A stretch of DNA of 64,000 nucleotides from Fidelibacterota bacterium (lineage in GTDB: Bacteria; Fidelibacterota; Marinisomatia; Marinisomatales; JABMOV01). Within the stretch, counting starts at the first letter, position 1. Each line of letters begins with the position of its first letter. The stretch lies in contig JABMOV010000081.1 of NCBI GenBank assembly GCA_013203145.1, positions 10,765 to 74,764 of the forward strand. The letters are read 5' to 3'. Below, piece after piece: positions 31,083 to 41,307 of the stretch. Below the pieces are notes generated by a model that searched no databases, was not told where the DNA came from, and saw only the letters and a list, made by a program, of their open reading frames with translations. Made by a program: the position numbers and the translations under genes.

Positions 31083-31202
31083 ATACTCCCCAATTTACCG
31101 TAAGGTTCAACTTTTGCTATAATCCCTCTACCTAAAATACAAATAATTATACTGATGCTAATTCACTTCTTTTCGTTATGTATACTATCAAATATATCAA
31201 AT

Positions 31203-31225
31203 AATACGTAGTAGAGCGTATTTAC
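31203..31225. repeat. right copy of the perfect 23-bp inverted repeat (AATACGTAGTAGAGCGTATTTAC), candidate operator
   Basis: Exact reverse complement of 30588-30610. Lies 60 nt upstream of the ATG at 31286. Confidence 0.9.
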
Positions 31226-31285
31226 CGTATACATTATAAATGCTTATCTTTACGACTACTACTCAATCTAAAGAAAGGAAATGTC

Positions 31286-31606
31286 ATGGCATTTACTGGA
31301 AATGAAGATCATAGAGTTTCACTAGCCGAAGCAGCTAAATTCACTAAGAATTATCGCAAACAAATGAGCGGTAAAGACATTAAAGGGGGTTTCTTTGGCA
31401 AGGATGCCATTAGAGACTTACTAAGTCAAAGTGACTGCGTTGGTATCCGCATTTATAATGGATTGGATGACGATGATAAACCTAATTTTGTCCTCGCTGG
31501 CGTTCTGGCCAATGAAGACGATATCGATGACGGATTGATTATGGAAAAACAACACCCCTGCCCGCCATTTTGCGGTTCAGCTAATAGTTTAAATTCGGAT
31601 AATTAA
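31286..31606 (+). CDS. hypothetical 106-aa acidic protein with C-terminal HPCPPFCG motif
   Basis: Purine-rich GAAAGGAAA 5 nt upstream of the ATG. First gene of the plus-strand operon that ends in the two-component system. I only vaguely recall similar small proteins ending in a CPPxC motif in Bacteroidota, with no function known to me. Confidence 0.6.
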   Translation: MAFTGNEDHRVSLAEAAKFTKNYRKQMSGKDIKGGFFGKDAIRDLLSQSDCVGIRIYNGLDDDDKPNFVLAGVLANEDDIDDGLIMEKQHPCPPFCGSANSLNSDN

Positions 31607-31647
31607 CTCTGGGAACACTACGCGTCATAATAGATATTGCCTATGCT

Positions 31648-32220
31648 ATGGATATCGTGGCGTTTGTACTTCTTTTTGTAACCTACAAACGTCACGATAA
31701 ATCTCTACGGATACTGTTATATTATTTCGGTATAGGAATTATTTTTACATTGGTGGAAGGTCTCCTGGCAAAGCAATCAATAAACAACCTATTTATGTTG
31801 CATACATTTACGTTAATAGAAGCCTTACTAATTGGCTATGTTTACTACGAATGGATGAGTGATATGAAAATTAGAAAATGGTATAAAACTGTTTTAATTG
31901 TATTTGGATTACTTTGGTTTGCTTCGAAGTTTACTTTTGAAAATGTTATGGAGTTCGATAATATTACTGCTACGCTTGAGGTAGGACTATTATCACTCAT
32001 TATCCTAATTAATATTTATAAGTGGCTACAACAGGATATTATCCCAGAGTTTTTCAGTCCCCAAATCTTAATATCATTGGGTTTTCTCATTCAATTTACT
32101 GGTTCATTTGTTGTATTTGCATTTAGCAATGTGCTTACTGTTTGGACAATTTATAACATTGTATCAATTATTTCTCGTATCATAATATCAGGAGGGATAC
32201 TCACATTACGGAATCAATAG
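31648..32220 (+). CDS. polytopic membrane protein (about 6 TM), probable sensor or accessory partner of the adjacent kinase
   Basis: 190 aa, almost entirely hydrophobic helices, directly upstream of a kinase that lacks its own sensor domain. Confidence 0.65.
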   Translation: MDIVAFVLLFVTYKRHDKSLRILLYYFGIGIIFTLVEGLLAKQSINNLFMLHTFTLIEALLIGYVYYEWMSDMKIRKWYKTVLIVFGLLWFASKFTFENVMEFDNITATLEVGLLSLIILINIYKWLQQDIIPEFFSPQILISLGFLIQFTGSFVVFAFSNVLTVWTIYNIVSIISRIIISGGILTLRNQ

Positions 32221-32264
32221 ACATCCTGTGGGCCATTATCTTTGGTACCATATTTTTTATTTCG

Positions 32265-32996
32265 ATGACTATTGTAATTATTGGTGTGATTTATTCATCA
32301 GTTTCGAGAATACGAAAACAACAAAACGAAAAAATTAAACTTTTATCAAATTTATCCAATGAAATTATTAATGCCCAGGAGATAGAACGTAAACGTCTCA
32401 GCCGAGACCTTCACGATGAAGTTGGGCAAATATTGACGGCATTGAGTTTAAGTCTTGAATTAATGAAGAAAAATTCAAACGGAAATGGGATGGCAGAAGG
32501 TTTAGATGAATGTAAATCCTTGGTGAAGCAAACCATCACGGAAGTACGCAGAGTAACGCAAGATTTACGACCCATCATGCTTGACGATTTTGGATTGAAA
32601 ACAGCTATTATTGATCATGCAAAACGTTTTGAGCGACGTACTGATATTGAAATAAACTGTGAAAATGTAAATGATATTACATCCATCCATCCAGATGCTC
32701 AAACAGCTCTGTATCGAATTTTTATTGAAAGCTTAAACAATGCTTACAAACACGCAAATTCACATTTTATCAAAGTCACTTTAGAAGAAAGTGAAGCAAA
32801 AATTAAATTAGCTATTCATGACGATGGGATTGGTTTTGATTCTGGCTTGGATAAAAACTATACGAAGGCTGGCAAAGGTGGTTTGGGAATCTTGGGTATG
32901 CAAGAACGCATCAAAATGTTCAAAGGGGATTTTCATATTGTTTCATCAAGTGAAGGAACATCAATCATGGTTGAATTACCAAAAACTGGAGACTAA
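32265..32996 (+). CDS. HisKA_3-type sensor histidine kinase (NarX/LiaS-like), minimal N-terminus
   Basis: H-box RLSRDLHDEVGQ, N-box ESLNNAYKHA, G-boxes DDGIGF and GGLGILGMQER. The frame is open upstream to 32157. Confidence 0.85.
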   Translation: MTIVIIGVIYSSVSRIRKQQNEKIKLLSNLSNEIINAQEIERKRLSRDLHDEVGQILTALSLSLELMKKNSNGNGMAEGLDECKSLVKQTITEVRRVTQDLRPIMLDDFGLKTAIIDHAKRFERRTDIEINCENVNDITSIHPDAQTALYRIFIESLNNAYKHANSHFIKVTLEESEAKIKLAIHDDGIGFDSGLDKNYTKAGKGGLGILGMQERIKMFKGDFHIVSSSEGTSIMVELPKTGD

Positions 32997-33653
32997 ATGG
33001 GTACAATAAATGTCCTGATTGTTGATGACCATACCATTTTAAGGCAGGGATTACGTGCACTTATTAATAGTCATGATGGCATCAGGGTGATTGGTGAAGC
33101 GGAAAATGGTAAAGTCGCTATTGATTTTCTTGATAAAGAATATGCTGATGTTATAATTATGGATATTGACATGCCAATTCTCAATGGTTTAGATGCGACA
33201 CGACGAATTAAAAAATATTATCCAAAAACAAAAGTCATCATGTTATCTATGTATGATGATGATGAATATATTCGATCTTCCTATGCAAATAAAGCTGACG
33301 GATTTTTAGTAAAACATAGCGCCTCAGATGAAGTAATGAATGCAATTGAACATGTAACTCGTTCTAAAGAATTCTATTGTCCTACAAAGTCCGATATTTT
33401 TTTACAAGAGCTTCAAAATAATGATTTAATGAACGATAATGAATTAACATTTCGTGAAGTTGAAATTCTTCAATTAATTAGTGAAGGAAATACGTCGAAA
33501 CAAATAAGTGAAAATTTATTTATATCTGAACGTACTGTGGGAAAACATCGCCAGAATATTATGGACAAACTCAATATTCACGATATCCCGTCCCTAATGC
33601 GCTATGCCCTCGAAAAGGGAATCATTCAGGCACGCACACCGAAAAATCTATAA
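32997..33653 (+). CDS. NarL/FixJ-family response regulator (REC + LuxR HTH)
   Basis: VLIVDDH...IMDIDMP receiver. LTFREVEILQLISEGNTSKQISENLFISERTVGKHRQNIMDKL HTH. Confidence 0.92.
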   Translation: MGTINVLIVDDHTILRQGLRALINSHDGIRVIGEAENGKVAIDFLDKEYADVIIMDIDMPILNGLDATRRIKKYYPKTKVIMLSMYDDDEYIRSSYANKADGFLVKHSASDEVMNAIEHVTRSKEFYCPTKSDIFLQELQNNDLMNDNELTFREVEILQLISEGNTSKQISENLFISERTVGKHRQNIMDKLNIHDIPSLMRYALEKGIIQARTPKNL

Positions 33654-34244
33654 TATACTTTTTATCCCATTTATAAACATTTGAACTGCAATCATAATCA
33701 GGAGCATGCCCATAAGGCGTTCTATTGCTGCTAATCCGCGATTACGCAGTATCTTAAATAGAAATGGCGCTGATAATAAAATGATAGCAGCTACACCCCA
33801 AGCAGCAACTAATGCAACCCCAAAGTCCAATACTTGTTCAGGATTACTATTGACCATGAGAATCAAGGTTGCAATTGTGGATGGTCCAGCGATCAATGGG
33901 ATTGCCAAAGGCACAATAAACGGTTCTTCATCAGGATTTTTTCCCATTAACGCATTGTGTTTGGATGGAAATACCATGCGAATTCCAATAATAAATAATA
34001 CTATACCACCGGATATAGTTACTGATTCTTGTTCCAGATGTAGAAAGTTCAAAAGTTGCTGACCGAAGAACAAAAATAATGTTAACACACCCAATGCAAT
34101 AAATAATTCACGCAGGATGATTCCTCTGCGTCGTTTTTCCTCTACATTTTTTAAAATGGAAAGAAAGATTGGCAAATTCCCTAATGGATCCATTACAAGA
34201 AATAGGGTGACTGCTGCCGATATTATTTGTTCAATACTATTCAT
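33648..34244 (-). CDS. MarC-family (UPF0056) integral membrane protein
   Basis: FLVMDPLGNLPIFLS N-terminal motif, 6 TM, 198 aa. Confidence 0.85.
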   Translation of the reverse strand: MNSIEQIISAAVTLFLVMDPLGNLPIFLSILKNVEEKRRRGIILRELFIALGVLTLFLFFGQQLLNFLHLEQESVTISGGIVLFIIGIRMVFPSKHNALMGKNPDEEPFIVPLAIPLIAGPSTIATLILMVNSNPEQVLDFGVALVAAWGVAAIILLSAPFLFKILRNRGLAAIERLMGMLLIMIAVQMFINGIKSIL

Positions 34245-34319
34245 GGTACTATCAAAGTTTAATGTTTAATGATGAAGTTTCAAGTACGTGTGAGAGAAAC
34301 AGTTTCACGTCCAATTCGC

Positions 34320-36146
34320 TTAGGCACCATATTTTTCTCTTTTACGGGCAGAACCACGTTTCCCTGCATCTAACTCCATTTTGCGCAATAAGATTCGTAG
34401 CGGCGTGACTTCAACCAACTCATCTTCGGCTATGAATTCAATACATTGATCAAGGGATAATCTTTTTGGCGGACGCAATGTCACTGTATTATCAGAACCG
34501 GAAGCACGCATATTCGTAAGTTTTTTCTCCCGAACAATATTGATGGTCAAATCTTCTGTCCTGTTTCGTTCACCAATAATCATTCCATCATAAACTTCCG
34601 TACCAACATCTGTAAACAAAATACCTCGGTCAACCATTCCTACAGCAGCATAAGCGGTGATTTTCCCATGGCGATCTGCAATGATGGCACCATTTGATCG
34701 TTGCGGGATAGGTCCAAACCAAGGTGCATATCCCTCAAATAATTTATTCATGATACCCGCACCATTTGTGTCCGTTAAAAATTGACTGCGAAATCCAATC
34801 AATCCACGGGACGGAATCACAAATTCCATGATCACACGACCATGACCATGATTTTCCATATGCGTCATACGACCTTTTCGAACCGACAATTTTTCTGTTA
34901 CAATACCAACTTTATCCTCAGGGATGTCTAAATACACACGTTCCATCGGCTCGAGCGTTTTACCGTTCTTTTCTTTTGTGATAACTCGGGGTTTTGATAC
35001 CATGAATTCATATCCTTCACGACGCATTGTCTCAATGAGGATTGCCAATTGTAATTCGCCACGTCCACACACTTCAAAGGCATCGGCACGTTCTGTTGCT
35101 ATTATTTCTAAGGATACATTACCTAACATTTCCCGTTGTAAACGTTCCCCTAAATGTCGTGATGTAAGATATTTCCCATCCATGCCAGCGAATGGACCAT
35201 TATTCACATAAAAGATCATGGATACTGTTGGTTTATCAATTTGGATACGTGGAAGCGGTTCAGGATTTTCATCTGATGAAATCGTATCTCCAATGGTTAC
35301 ATTTTCCACACCGGAAATCGCAATAATATCCCCAGCTTCGAGTTCTTTTACTTTAATGCGTTCCAATCCATTATACGTATAACAAGCCGAAAATTTCACG
35401 CCATGTTTATTGCCATTTTCACCGCAGAGGCAGTAGGTCTTATTCATCGCCAGATTACCATTATTCAGTCGTCCAATGGCGACTTGTCCAACATAGGGAT
35501 CGTAATCCAGATTGGTCACCAGGAACTGAGGCGTATGATCATCGCTGGCTACCGGACCGTCTATGTAATCCAAAATAGTATTAAATAATGGTTGAAGATT
35601 CTTTGAACTGTCATCTAGGTTTTTATGGGCAATACCATCTCTAGCATTCGTATACAAAATTGGAAAATCTATCTGCTCTTCATTAGCATCCAGATCAATG
35701 AATAAATCATAAACTTCATCAACAACTTCGCTAACCCGTGAATCGGCGCGATCAATTTTATTAATTACTAAAATAATTTTTAGATTTTTCTCTAAAGCCT
35801 TTTTTACAACGAATCGCGTTTGTGGTAATGGGCCTTCACTGGAATCCACTAGTAAAAGTGCACCGTCTACCAAATTTAAACTTCGCTCCACTTCACCGCC
35901 GAAATCGGCGTGCCCAGGGGTATCCATAATGTTGATTTTCACATCTTTGAAAAACACAGATGTGTTCTTTGCCATAATGGTAATACCGCGTTCACGCTCC
36001 AAGTCCATTGAGTCCATTACACGATCAGCAACAACCTGATGCTCATGAAACGTTCCGCTTTGTTTGAGCATTCCGTCTACCAATGTTGTTTTGCCATGGT
36101 CAACGTGGGCAATGATGGCGATATTTCTAAAATTCTGTTTTCTCAT
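34320..36146 (-). CDS. typA: translational GTPase TypA/BipA
   Basis: [32 protein letters not shown], full-length BipA architecture. Start set at the ATG at 36146 ([12 protein letters not shown]). Confidence 0.95.
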   Translation of the reverse strand: MRKQNFRNIAIIAHVDHGKTTLVDGMLKQSGTFHEHQVVADRVMDSMDLERERGITIMAKNTSVFFKDVKINIMDTPGHADFGGEVERSLNLVDGALLLVDSSEGPLPQTRFVVKKALEKNLKIILVINKIDRADSRVSEVVDEVYDLFIDLDANEEQIDFPILYTNARDGIAHKNLDDSSKNLQPLFNTILDYIDGPVASDDHTPQFLVTNLDYDPYVGQVAIGRLNNGNLAMNKTYCLCGENGNKHGVKFSACYTYNGLERIKVKELEAGDIIAISGVENVTIGDTISSDENPEPLPRIQIDKPTVSMIFYVNNGPFAGMDGKYLTSRHLGERLQREMLGNVSLEIIATERADAFEVCGRGELQLAILIETMRREGYEFMVSKPRVITKEKNGKTLEPMERVYLDIPEDKVGIVTEKLSVRKGRMTHMENHGHGRVIMEFVIPSRGLIGFRSQFLTDTNGAGIMNKLFEGYAPWFGPIPQRSNGAIIADRHGKITAYAAVGMVDRGILFTDVGTEVYDGMIIGERNRTEDLTINIVREKKLTNMRASGSDNTVTLRPPKRLSLDQCIEFIAEDELVEVTPLRILLRKMELDAGKRGSARKREKYGA

Positions 36147-36363
36147 TAAAATTAGTCTTTCAAGATAATTTGCCACGAATGGTGGATTGATAAATGATTG
36201 TTAAGTTTGATTTTCTGCTAAATTTGGGCGCTGAAATTACACTTTTATAATGCGCAAGTGTCTATGTATTTGAGTGTTATACAAATTCGATTATAAATAT
36301 TAATCGGGAAATGTTCTTCTTGTGATCAACTACCAAACATGAGTAATGATCCAAGAAACATAT

Positions 36364-37587
36364 TTAGGTTTTTATCCATCGGATAATCTCAGGTAAGGTA
36401 ATACGTTTTCCATACATAAGAAGTGTGACACGGAAGATTTTACCTGCCAATATCATCATACCCCATACAGATAATCCTAAAAGTACGGCGGCTAAAACCG
36501 CTTCCCATAATTCTATAATTCCAGTACCGAATCGTAAAGGAATCATGAAGGGTGTGAATGGTGGAAAAAATGACATGACTTTTGTTACCATCGATCCTGG
36601 ATTTGTGATGAAGTAACTAGACATCATCATGGGAATCACGACAATAATTGTAATGATACTGGTTGATTGCTGGGCTTCCTGTTCTGAGTCAAATAACGTA
36701 CCCATCGTTCCGAAAATTGCAGCATAGAAAAAATAACCCAAAAAGAAAAATAATATCATCCAGAAAGCATGTTCAATTTCAATGGCTTGTCCCATTCCAC
36801 GAAAATATAATGCTCCAAACCCAATTGCTAAATACACAAGTAGTTGTACCAAACCTAATGCGCCAAGTCCTAGTATTTTACCAATCATAAGCTGACGAGG
36901 AGTTACTGACGATAATATCACCTCAATAACGCGGCTGGTTCGTTCTTCCATCACGCTGCGCAATAGCAATTGACCATTTACGAAAATGGACATGAAGAGT
37001 AAAAACATCGTGGCAAATGGAATGAAAAAACTAACCAACTCATCTCCTTCCGATGCTTCCCCGCTTTCGCTGATTTCGAACGTATTTAGTCCAACCCATT
37101 TCGTCAGTTTATTGACCACTTCTATTTCCAGATTCTCCTGTTGGACACGGACCTCAATTACAGAATGATTGACCGCACGACGTAATTCATCCAGAATTTT
37201 AAAATTACTCAAGGATGTGGCATAGTATTCTGCATCTTTACCCAGAATGATAGAATCCGGCAATACGATGAATCCGTCGATTTCATTTTTAGCAGTAGAT
37301 ATTTTTGCGTCCTTAACAAAATCAAATACAAATGGGATAAATTTTGATTCACCATTTTCAAGATTGTATTCAGTGGAGAGTTTTTGCATTAGAATATCAT
37401 TGATACTTTTCGTTTCATCAACAATTCCCACCCGGTATACTTCCATACCATCCTGCATAATAAGTAAACTTGGAATTATGCTCATGGCAATGATAAGAAT
37501 CGGGAATAATATCATGGTAATAATAAAAACTTTAGACTTCATGCGATTGAGAAATTCCCATTTCATGATCGATAGTATCTGGCTCAT
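36364..37587 (-). CDS. ABC-2 family transporter permease (NatB-like)
   Basis: N-terminal TM, large extracytoplasmic loop, then 5 C-terminal TMs. 4-nt overlap with the upstream ATPase gene. Confidence 0.8.
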   Translation of the reverse strand: MSQILSIMKWEFLNRMKSKVFIITMILFPILIIAMSIIPSLLIMQDGMEVYRVGIVDETKSINDILMQKLSTEYNLENGESKFIPFVFDFVKDAKISTAKNEIDGFIVLPDSIILGKDAEYYATSLSNFKILDELRRAVNHSVIEVRVQQENLEIEVVNKLTKWVGLNTFEISESGEASEGDELVSFFIPFATMFLLFMSIFVNGQLLLRSVMEERTSRVIEVILSSVTPRQLMIGKILGLGALGLVQLLVYLAIGFGALYFRGMGQAIEIEHAFWMILFFFLGYFFYAAIFGTMGTLFDSEQEAQQSTSIITIIVVIPMMMSSYFITNPGSMVTKVMSFFPPFTPFMIPLRFGTGIIELWEAVLAAVLLGLSVWGMMILAGKIFRVTLLMYGKRITLPEIIRWIKT

Positions 37588-38471
37588 GATTTTTCTCCTA
37601 CCGTTTCAATGAAAATCTCTTCTAAAGTCGGTGGCCTCATGGAAAAATTGTGTATTTCAACCGATTGATTTAACCATTTAATAAATTCCCGGGTTCCATT
37701 TCGCAAAACACCTTCTACCGTACTTTCTCCCACGGATGGATTTTCCAGAAAGTCCTCAATCCCAATTTTGGGCAAAACGCCATCAAATTGTACAGTAACT
37801 ACTTCACTCCGAAAATCACGCCGTATTTTTGTGAGTTCACCTTCGAGAACAATTCGACCCTTATTGATTAGGCAAATATTTGTACACAATCGTTCTACCT
37901 GTTCCATTTGGTGTGTAGAAAACAAAAAGGTCACACCTTCAGCCTGTTTTTCTTTGATGATGTTTTTCAATAATAATTGATTCACCGGATCCAGTCCCGT
38001 GAATGGTTCATCGAGTACAACGAGTTTTGGTTCATGCAATAAAGTTAGTATCAACTGGACTTTCTGTTGATTCCCCTTCGATAATTCTTGCATTTTTTTA
38101 TAAGAATAGTCACTTAGATCAAATCGTTCAATCCACTTAATTGCGCGGGATTTTGCTTCTGGTTCATTCAATCCCTTGAGTACGCCAAAATAAACAATGG
38201 TTTCCAATAGTTTTTGTTTTTGGTACAAACCACGTTCTTCAGGAAGATAACCAAATATATTGACTGGTAAATTTCGAATAGGATTTCCAGAAAAAGTAAT
38301 TTCACCATCGTCTGGCTCCAGTATTCCCATAATCATACGCAAGGTCGTGGTTTTCCCTGCTCCATTGGGACCTAAAAAACCATATATATCACCTTCGTGG
38401 ACTTCAAAGTCCAAACTATCGACTGCAGTAAGTCCATCAAACCGTTTGGTTACAGATTGAATATGTAGCAT
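37584..38471 (-). CDS. ABC transporter ATP-binding protein (NatA-like)
   Basis: GPNGAGKTT, LSKGNQQK, VVLDEP, H-loop STHQME. Confidence 0.9.
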   Translation of the reverse strand: MLHIQSVTKRFDGLTAVDSLDFEVHEGDIYGFLGPNGAGKTTTLRMIMGILEPDDGEITFSGNPIRNLPVNIFGYLPEERGLYQKQKLLETIVYFGVLKGLNEPEAKSRAIKWIERFDLSDYSYKKMQELSKGNQQKVQLILTLLHEPKLVVLDEPFTGLDPVNQLLLKNIIKEKQAEGVTFLFSTHQMEQVERLCTNICLINKGRIVLEGELTKIRRDFRSEVVTVQFDGVLPKIGIEDFLENPSVGESTVEGVLRNGTREFIKWLNQSVEIHNFSMRPPTLEEIFIETVGEKS

Positions 38472-38479
38472 TCAGTTTC

Positions 38480-40099
38480 CTAGGGTAAAACAGATTTACG
38501 ACTATGACCATCCACACGTTTATCCGGAATTACTCCAAGGATATCTGCTATCGTTGGCGCAATATCAACAGTCGATATCTGGTCACTGATCGTTTTACTT
38601 TTGAATGTTGGATGGCTAATGACAAAGGGTACATGGGCATCATAATCGTAGGGTGTTCCGTGGCTAGTTCCATACGGATTTCGATACAACCAATTTTTCT
38701 CCTGTATTGTCCATAAATCAGGACTTAATTCAGGATGTGTAAAATGTTTCATTCTCGTGAGTAAAGTATCATTGGGTGAAGCATTAAGTATTTCATCTTT
38801 TGTTAACACGAGAGCTATACCCTCTACTTTTTCAAGTTCTGACTTAATAATCTTTACTATATCATCAACATTAATATTCTGTTCTAGAATTTTGCTTTTA
38901 TCAAAATAAAATCCTAAACCATATCGAACTATAAAATCATGATCACCAACTAATGAATCAATGTTTGAAAATGCTTTTTCTATGGCTTCATCACGAAGGG
39001 TGCCGTCTATCCGTCCAGTATATTCTCCTGTTGTCACTTTAATGAATTCTGGTAATTCCAATCCACCATGATCGGCTGTAAGAACAATAATTGTATTATT
39101 TAAACCAACTTCTTGATCGACGACATCCAGAAAATGGCCTAAATAGTGATCCATTTTTATCAGATTATCCATTCCTTCTTGAGAACGTGGACCGTAATCA
39201 TGGGTAATCCAATCCGTGGCAGATAATCCAATAGAAATGAGATCTGGTATATTATCTTTGCCCAATTTTTCTTCACGAATAACTGTTTCGGCGAGTTCTA
39301 GAGTATTTCGCTCTTGCCAGGGGAAACCGCCGATATAATCCAAAATCATGGAATCTGTTATTGTTGAGTCAAAACCAATTGGGAAAACGGGTGAATATTC
39401 GTCAGACAAATAATTATCTGATTCTCCAAAAAAATGGTCAATCCGCGCATATTTTAGGTAGTTCTCCTCAGATAGCGACCGTGTCCACATCGAGTCGCGA
39501 TAGGACATTAGATGTAAACTGTTGTTAAAGTCAGTTAACCAATGTGGTAGAGTGCTTGTATAATAATCTGTCGTTGTAAAAGCGCCATTCCAATTATACC
39601 ACAAAGACATATCTGCATTTTTCCCGCCCATGAAGATAGAGGCACGGTCTTTCCCTGCCATGGAATAGACTTTGCTCTCGGGGTGGATCGCCTTTAACCA
39701 ATCTCCAGTTGTGGTTGCATCAATAAGACGATAGGATCGACCATCAGATGGAATGCCAATGGATTTCGCATCATTGTCTTCGACACAATATCGGTTTTTC
39801 TCCGTTTTGCGATCATACCAGGAATTTCCAAGAACACCAGCCAATCCTGGATAACGACCAGACCCTAACACGAAATGTCCCGGCCCCGTGGCGGTATATC
39901 CATGCTCATGATATGTATTCGAAAACTGTACACCGTGCTCTCTTAGCCATTTAAACCCACCAGTATATAAATCAGAATAATGTTCAAATGCCTTATAGGA
40001 TAAATGATCAATTGAGATTAATACAACGAGTTTCGGAGTTAAATCCTGTTTACACGACATTAGAATGATGAATGGGAGAATAAGAAATATTTTTTTCAT
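38480..40099 (-). CDS. alkaline-phosphatase-superfamily protein (nucleotide pyrophosphatase/phosphodiesterase-like)
   Basis: Signal/lipobox LMSC. ISIDHLSY near the N-terminus, TADHGG, YGTSHGTPYDYDAHVP metal-site motifs. Confidence 0.8.
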   Translation of the reverse strand: MKKIFLILPFIILMSCKQDLTPKLVVLISIDHLSYKAFEHYSDLYTGGFKWLREHGVQFSNTYHEHGYTATGPGHFVLGSGRYPGLAGVLGNSWYDRKTEKNRYCVEDNDAKSIGIPSDGRSYRLIDATTTGDWLKAIHPESKVYSMAGKDRASIFMGGKNADMSLWYNWNGAFTTTDYYTSTLPHWLTDFNNSLHLMSYRDSMWTRSLSEENYLKYARIDHFFGESDNYLSDEYSPVFPIGFDSTITDSMILDYIGGFPWQERNTLELAETVIREEKLGKDNIPDLISIGLSATDWITHDYGPRSQEGMDNLIKMDHYLGHFLDVVDQEVGLNNTIIVLTADHGGLELPEFIKVTTGEYTGRIDGTLRDEAIEKAFSNIDSLVGDHDFIVRYGLGFYFDKSKILEQNINVDDIVKIIKSELEKVEGIALVLTKDEILNASPNDTLLTRMKHFTHPELSPDLWTIQEKNWLYRNPYGTSHGTPYDYDAHVPFVISHPTFKSKTISDQISTVDIAPTIADILGVIPDKRVDGHSRKSVLP

Positions 40100-41307
40100 G
40101 CATTAATCCTTAAGAATCTACGTTTGCCTACTTTAACAACTAATTCACCACTTCCAAGTGAAACCGTATAATCCATATCCAAGCACGGATTTCCATCTAT
40201 TTTTATGGCATTCTGCTTAATCAATCGACGAGCTTCACCCTTACTTTGCACAAGATTAGCATCAACAAGGATATCAATTAACAATGCATTCGATGTTAAA
40301 GTGTATTCTGGAATATCATCAGGTATATCTTTTTTAATAAATATTTTATCAAAATGTTGTTCTGCGTTTATGGCACTTTCTTTATCATAATAACATTCTA
40401 CCAATTCGCGAGCAAGCCGTCGCTTAATATCGCGGGGGTTAACACTTGAATCATTCAGAAGTCCTTCTATTTCTTTCATTTGTTCTGGGTCATAATCCAC
40501 AGCCAACTGATAATACTTTGCGATTATATCATCTGGAATAGACAACGTTTTTCCATACATATTTTCAGGTGTTTCATGAAGAGCAATATCGTTTCCATAG
40601 GACTTAGACATCTTTTCAACGCCATCAGTACCTTCTAATAGTGGTAGAGTAACAATGCATTGAGGTTCTTGACCAGACTCACGTTGCAAATCTCGACCAA
40701 CCAAAAGATTAAATTTTTGATCTGTACCACCCAATTCAACATCAGATCTCAATTCTACAGAATCCATTCCCTGCGCTAATGGATAAAGAAATTCATGAAT
40801 AGAAATGGGGATTTCGGCTTTATATCGTTTGGTAAAATCATCACGTTCTAACATCCGTGCTACAGTATATTTACTGGCTAACTGAATTACTTCACCAAAG
40901 CTCATTTTATTTAGCCAATCTGAATTATATACAATTTTAAGTCTATCTATATCAAGTATTACTTTAGCTTGCACTACATAGGATTCAGCGTTGTGTTTTG
41001 TGTCTTCCAGAGTAATCTGCGGACGTGTTTTATTTCTGCCAGAAGGATCACCGATCATTGCTGTAAAATCACCAATCACAAGAATTGCCTGATGACCTAA
41101 ATCCTGAAAATGTCTCAATTTTCTTAAAACTACACCATGCCCAATGTGTAAATCTGGTCGACTAGGATCACACCCAAGCTTAATTTTTAATGGTGTGTTT
41201 GTTGCTATCGACTTTTCTAGTTTTTTAGTTAATTCTTTTTCCGGGAGTACTTCTTCAGCTCCACGGCGTATAATAGCTAATTGTTCATCGACTGGTAAAA
41301 AGTTCAT
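40096..41307 (-). CDS. tyrS: tyrosine--tRNA ligase
   Basis: HIGH (PDLHIGHG), KMSKS (EKMSKSYGN), C-terminal S4-like domain. Confidence 0.95.
   Translation of the reverse strand: MNFLPVDEQLAIIRRGAEEVLPEKELTKKLEKSIATNTPLKIKLGCDPSRPDLHIGHGVVLRKLRHFQDLGHQAILVIGDFTAMIGDPSGRNKTRPQITLEDTKHNAESYVVQAKVILDIDRLKIVYNSDWLNKMSFGEVIQLASKYTVARMLERDDFTKRYKAEIPISIHEFLYPLAQGMDSVELRSDVELGGTDQKFNLLVGRDLQRESGQEPQCIVTLPLLEGTDGVEKMSKSYGNDIALHETPENMYGKTLSIPDDIIAKYYQLAVDYDPEQMKEIEGLLNDSSVNPRDIKRRLARELVECYYDKESAINAEQHFDKIFIKKDIPDDIPEYTLTSNALLIDILVDANLVQSKGEARRLIKQNAIKIDGNPCLDMDYTVSLGSGELVVKVGKRRFLRINA

Noticed and set aside
30588-31225. The segment flanked by the inverted repeats as an IS element or MITE
   Set aside because: There is no transposase. 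No target-site duplication flanks the repeats (outer flanks are ...GATTATTT and CGTATACA...). The enclosed ORF has no transposase or recombinase features. The repeats sit at matching distances from two start codons, which fits an operator better. An invertible segment is kept as an alternative in the findings.
32200-32230. Programmed ribosomal frameshift joining the 6-TM ORF to the kinase
   Set aside because: There is no slippery heptamer (X XXY YYZ) and no obvious downstream stimulatory structure at the junction. A mutational frameshift, a sequencing indel or genuinely separate genes are more plausible.
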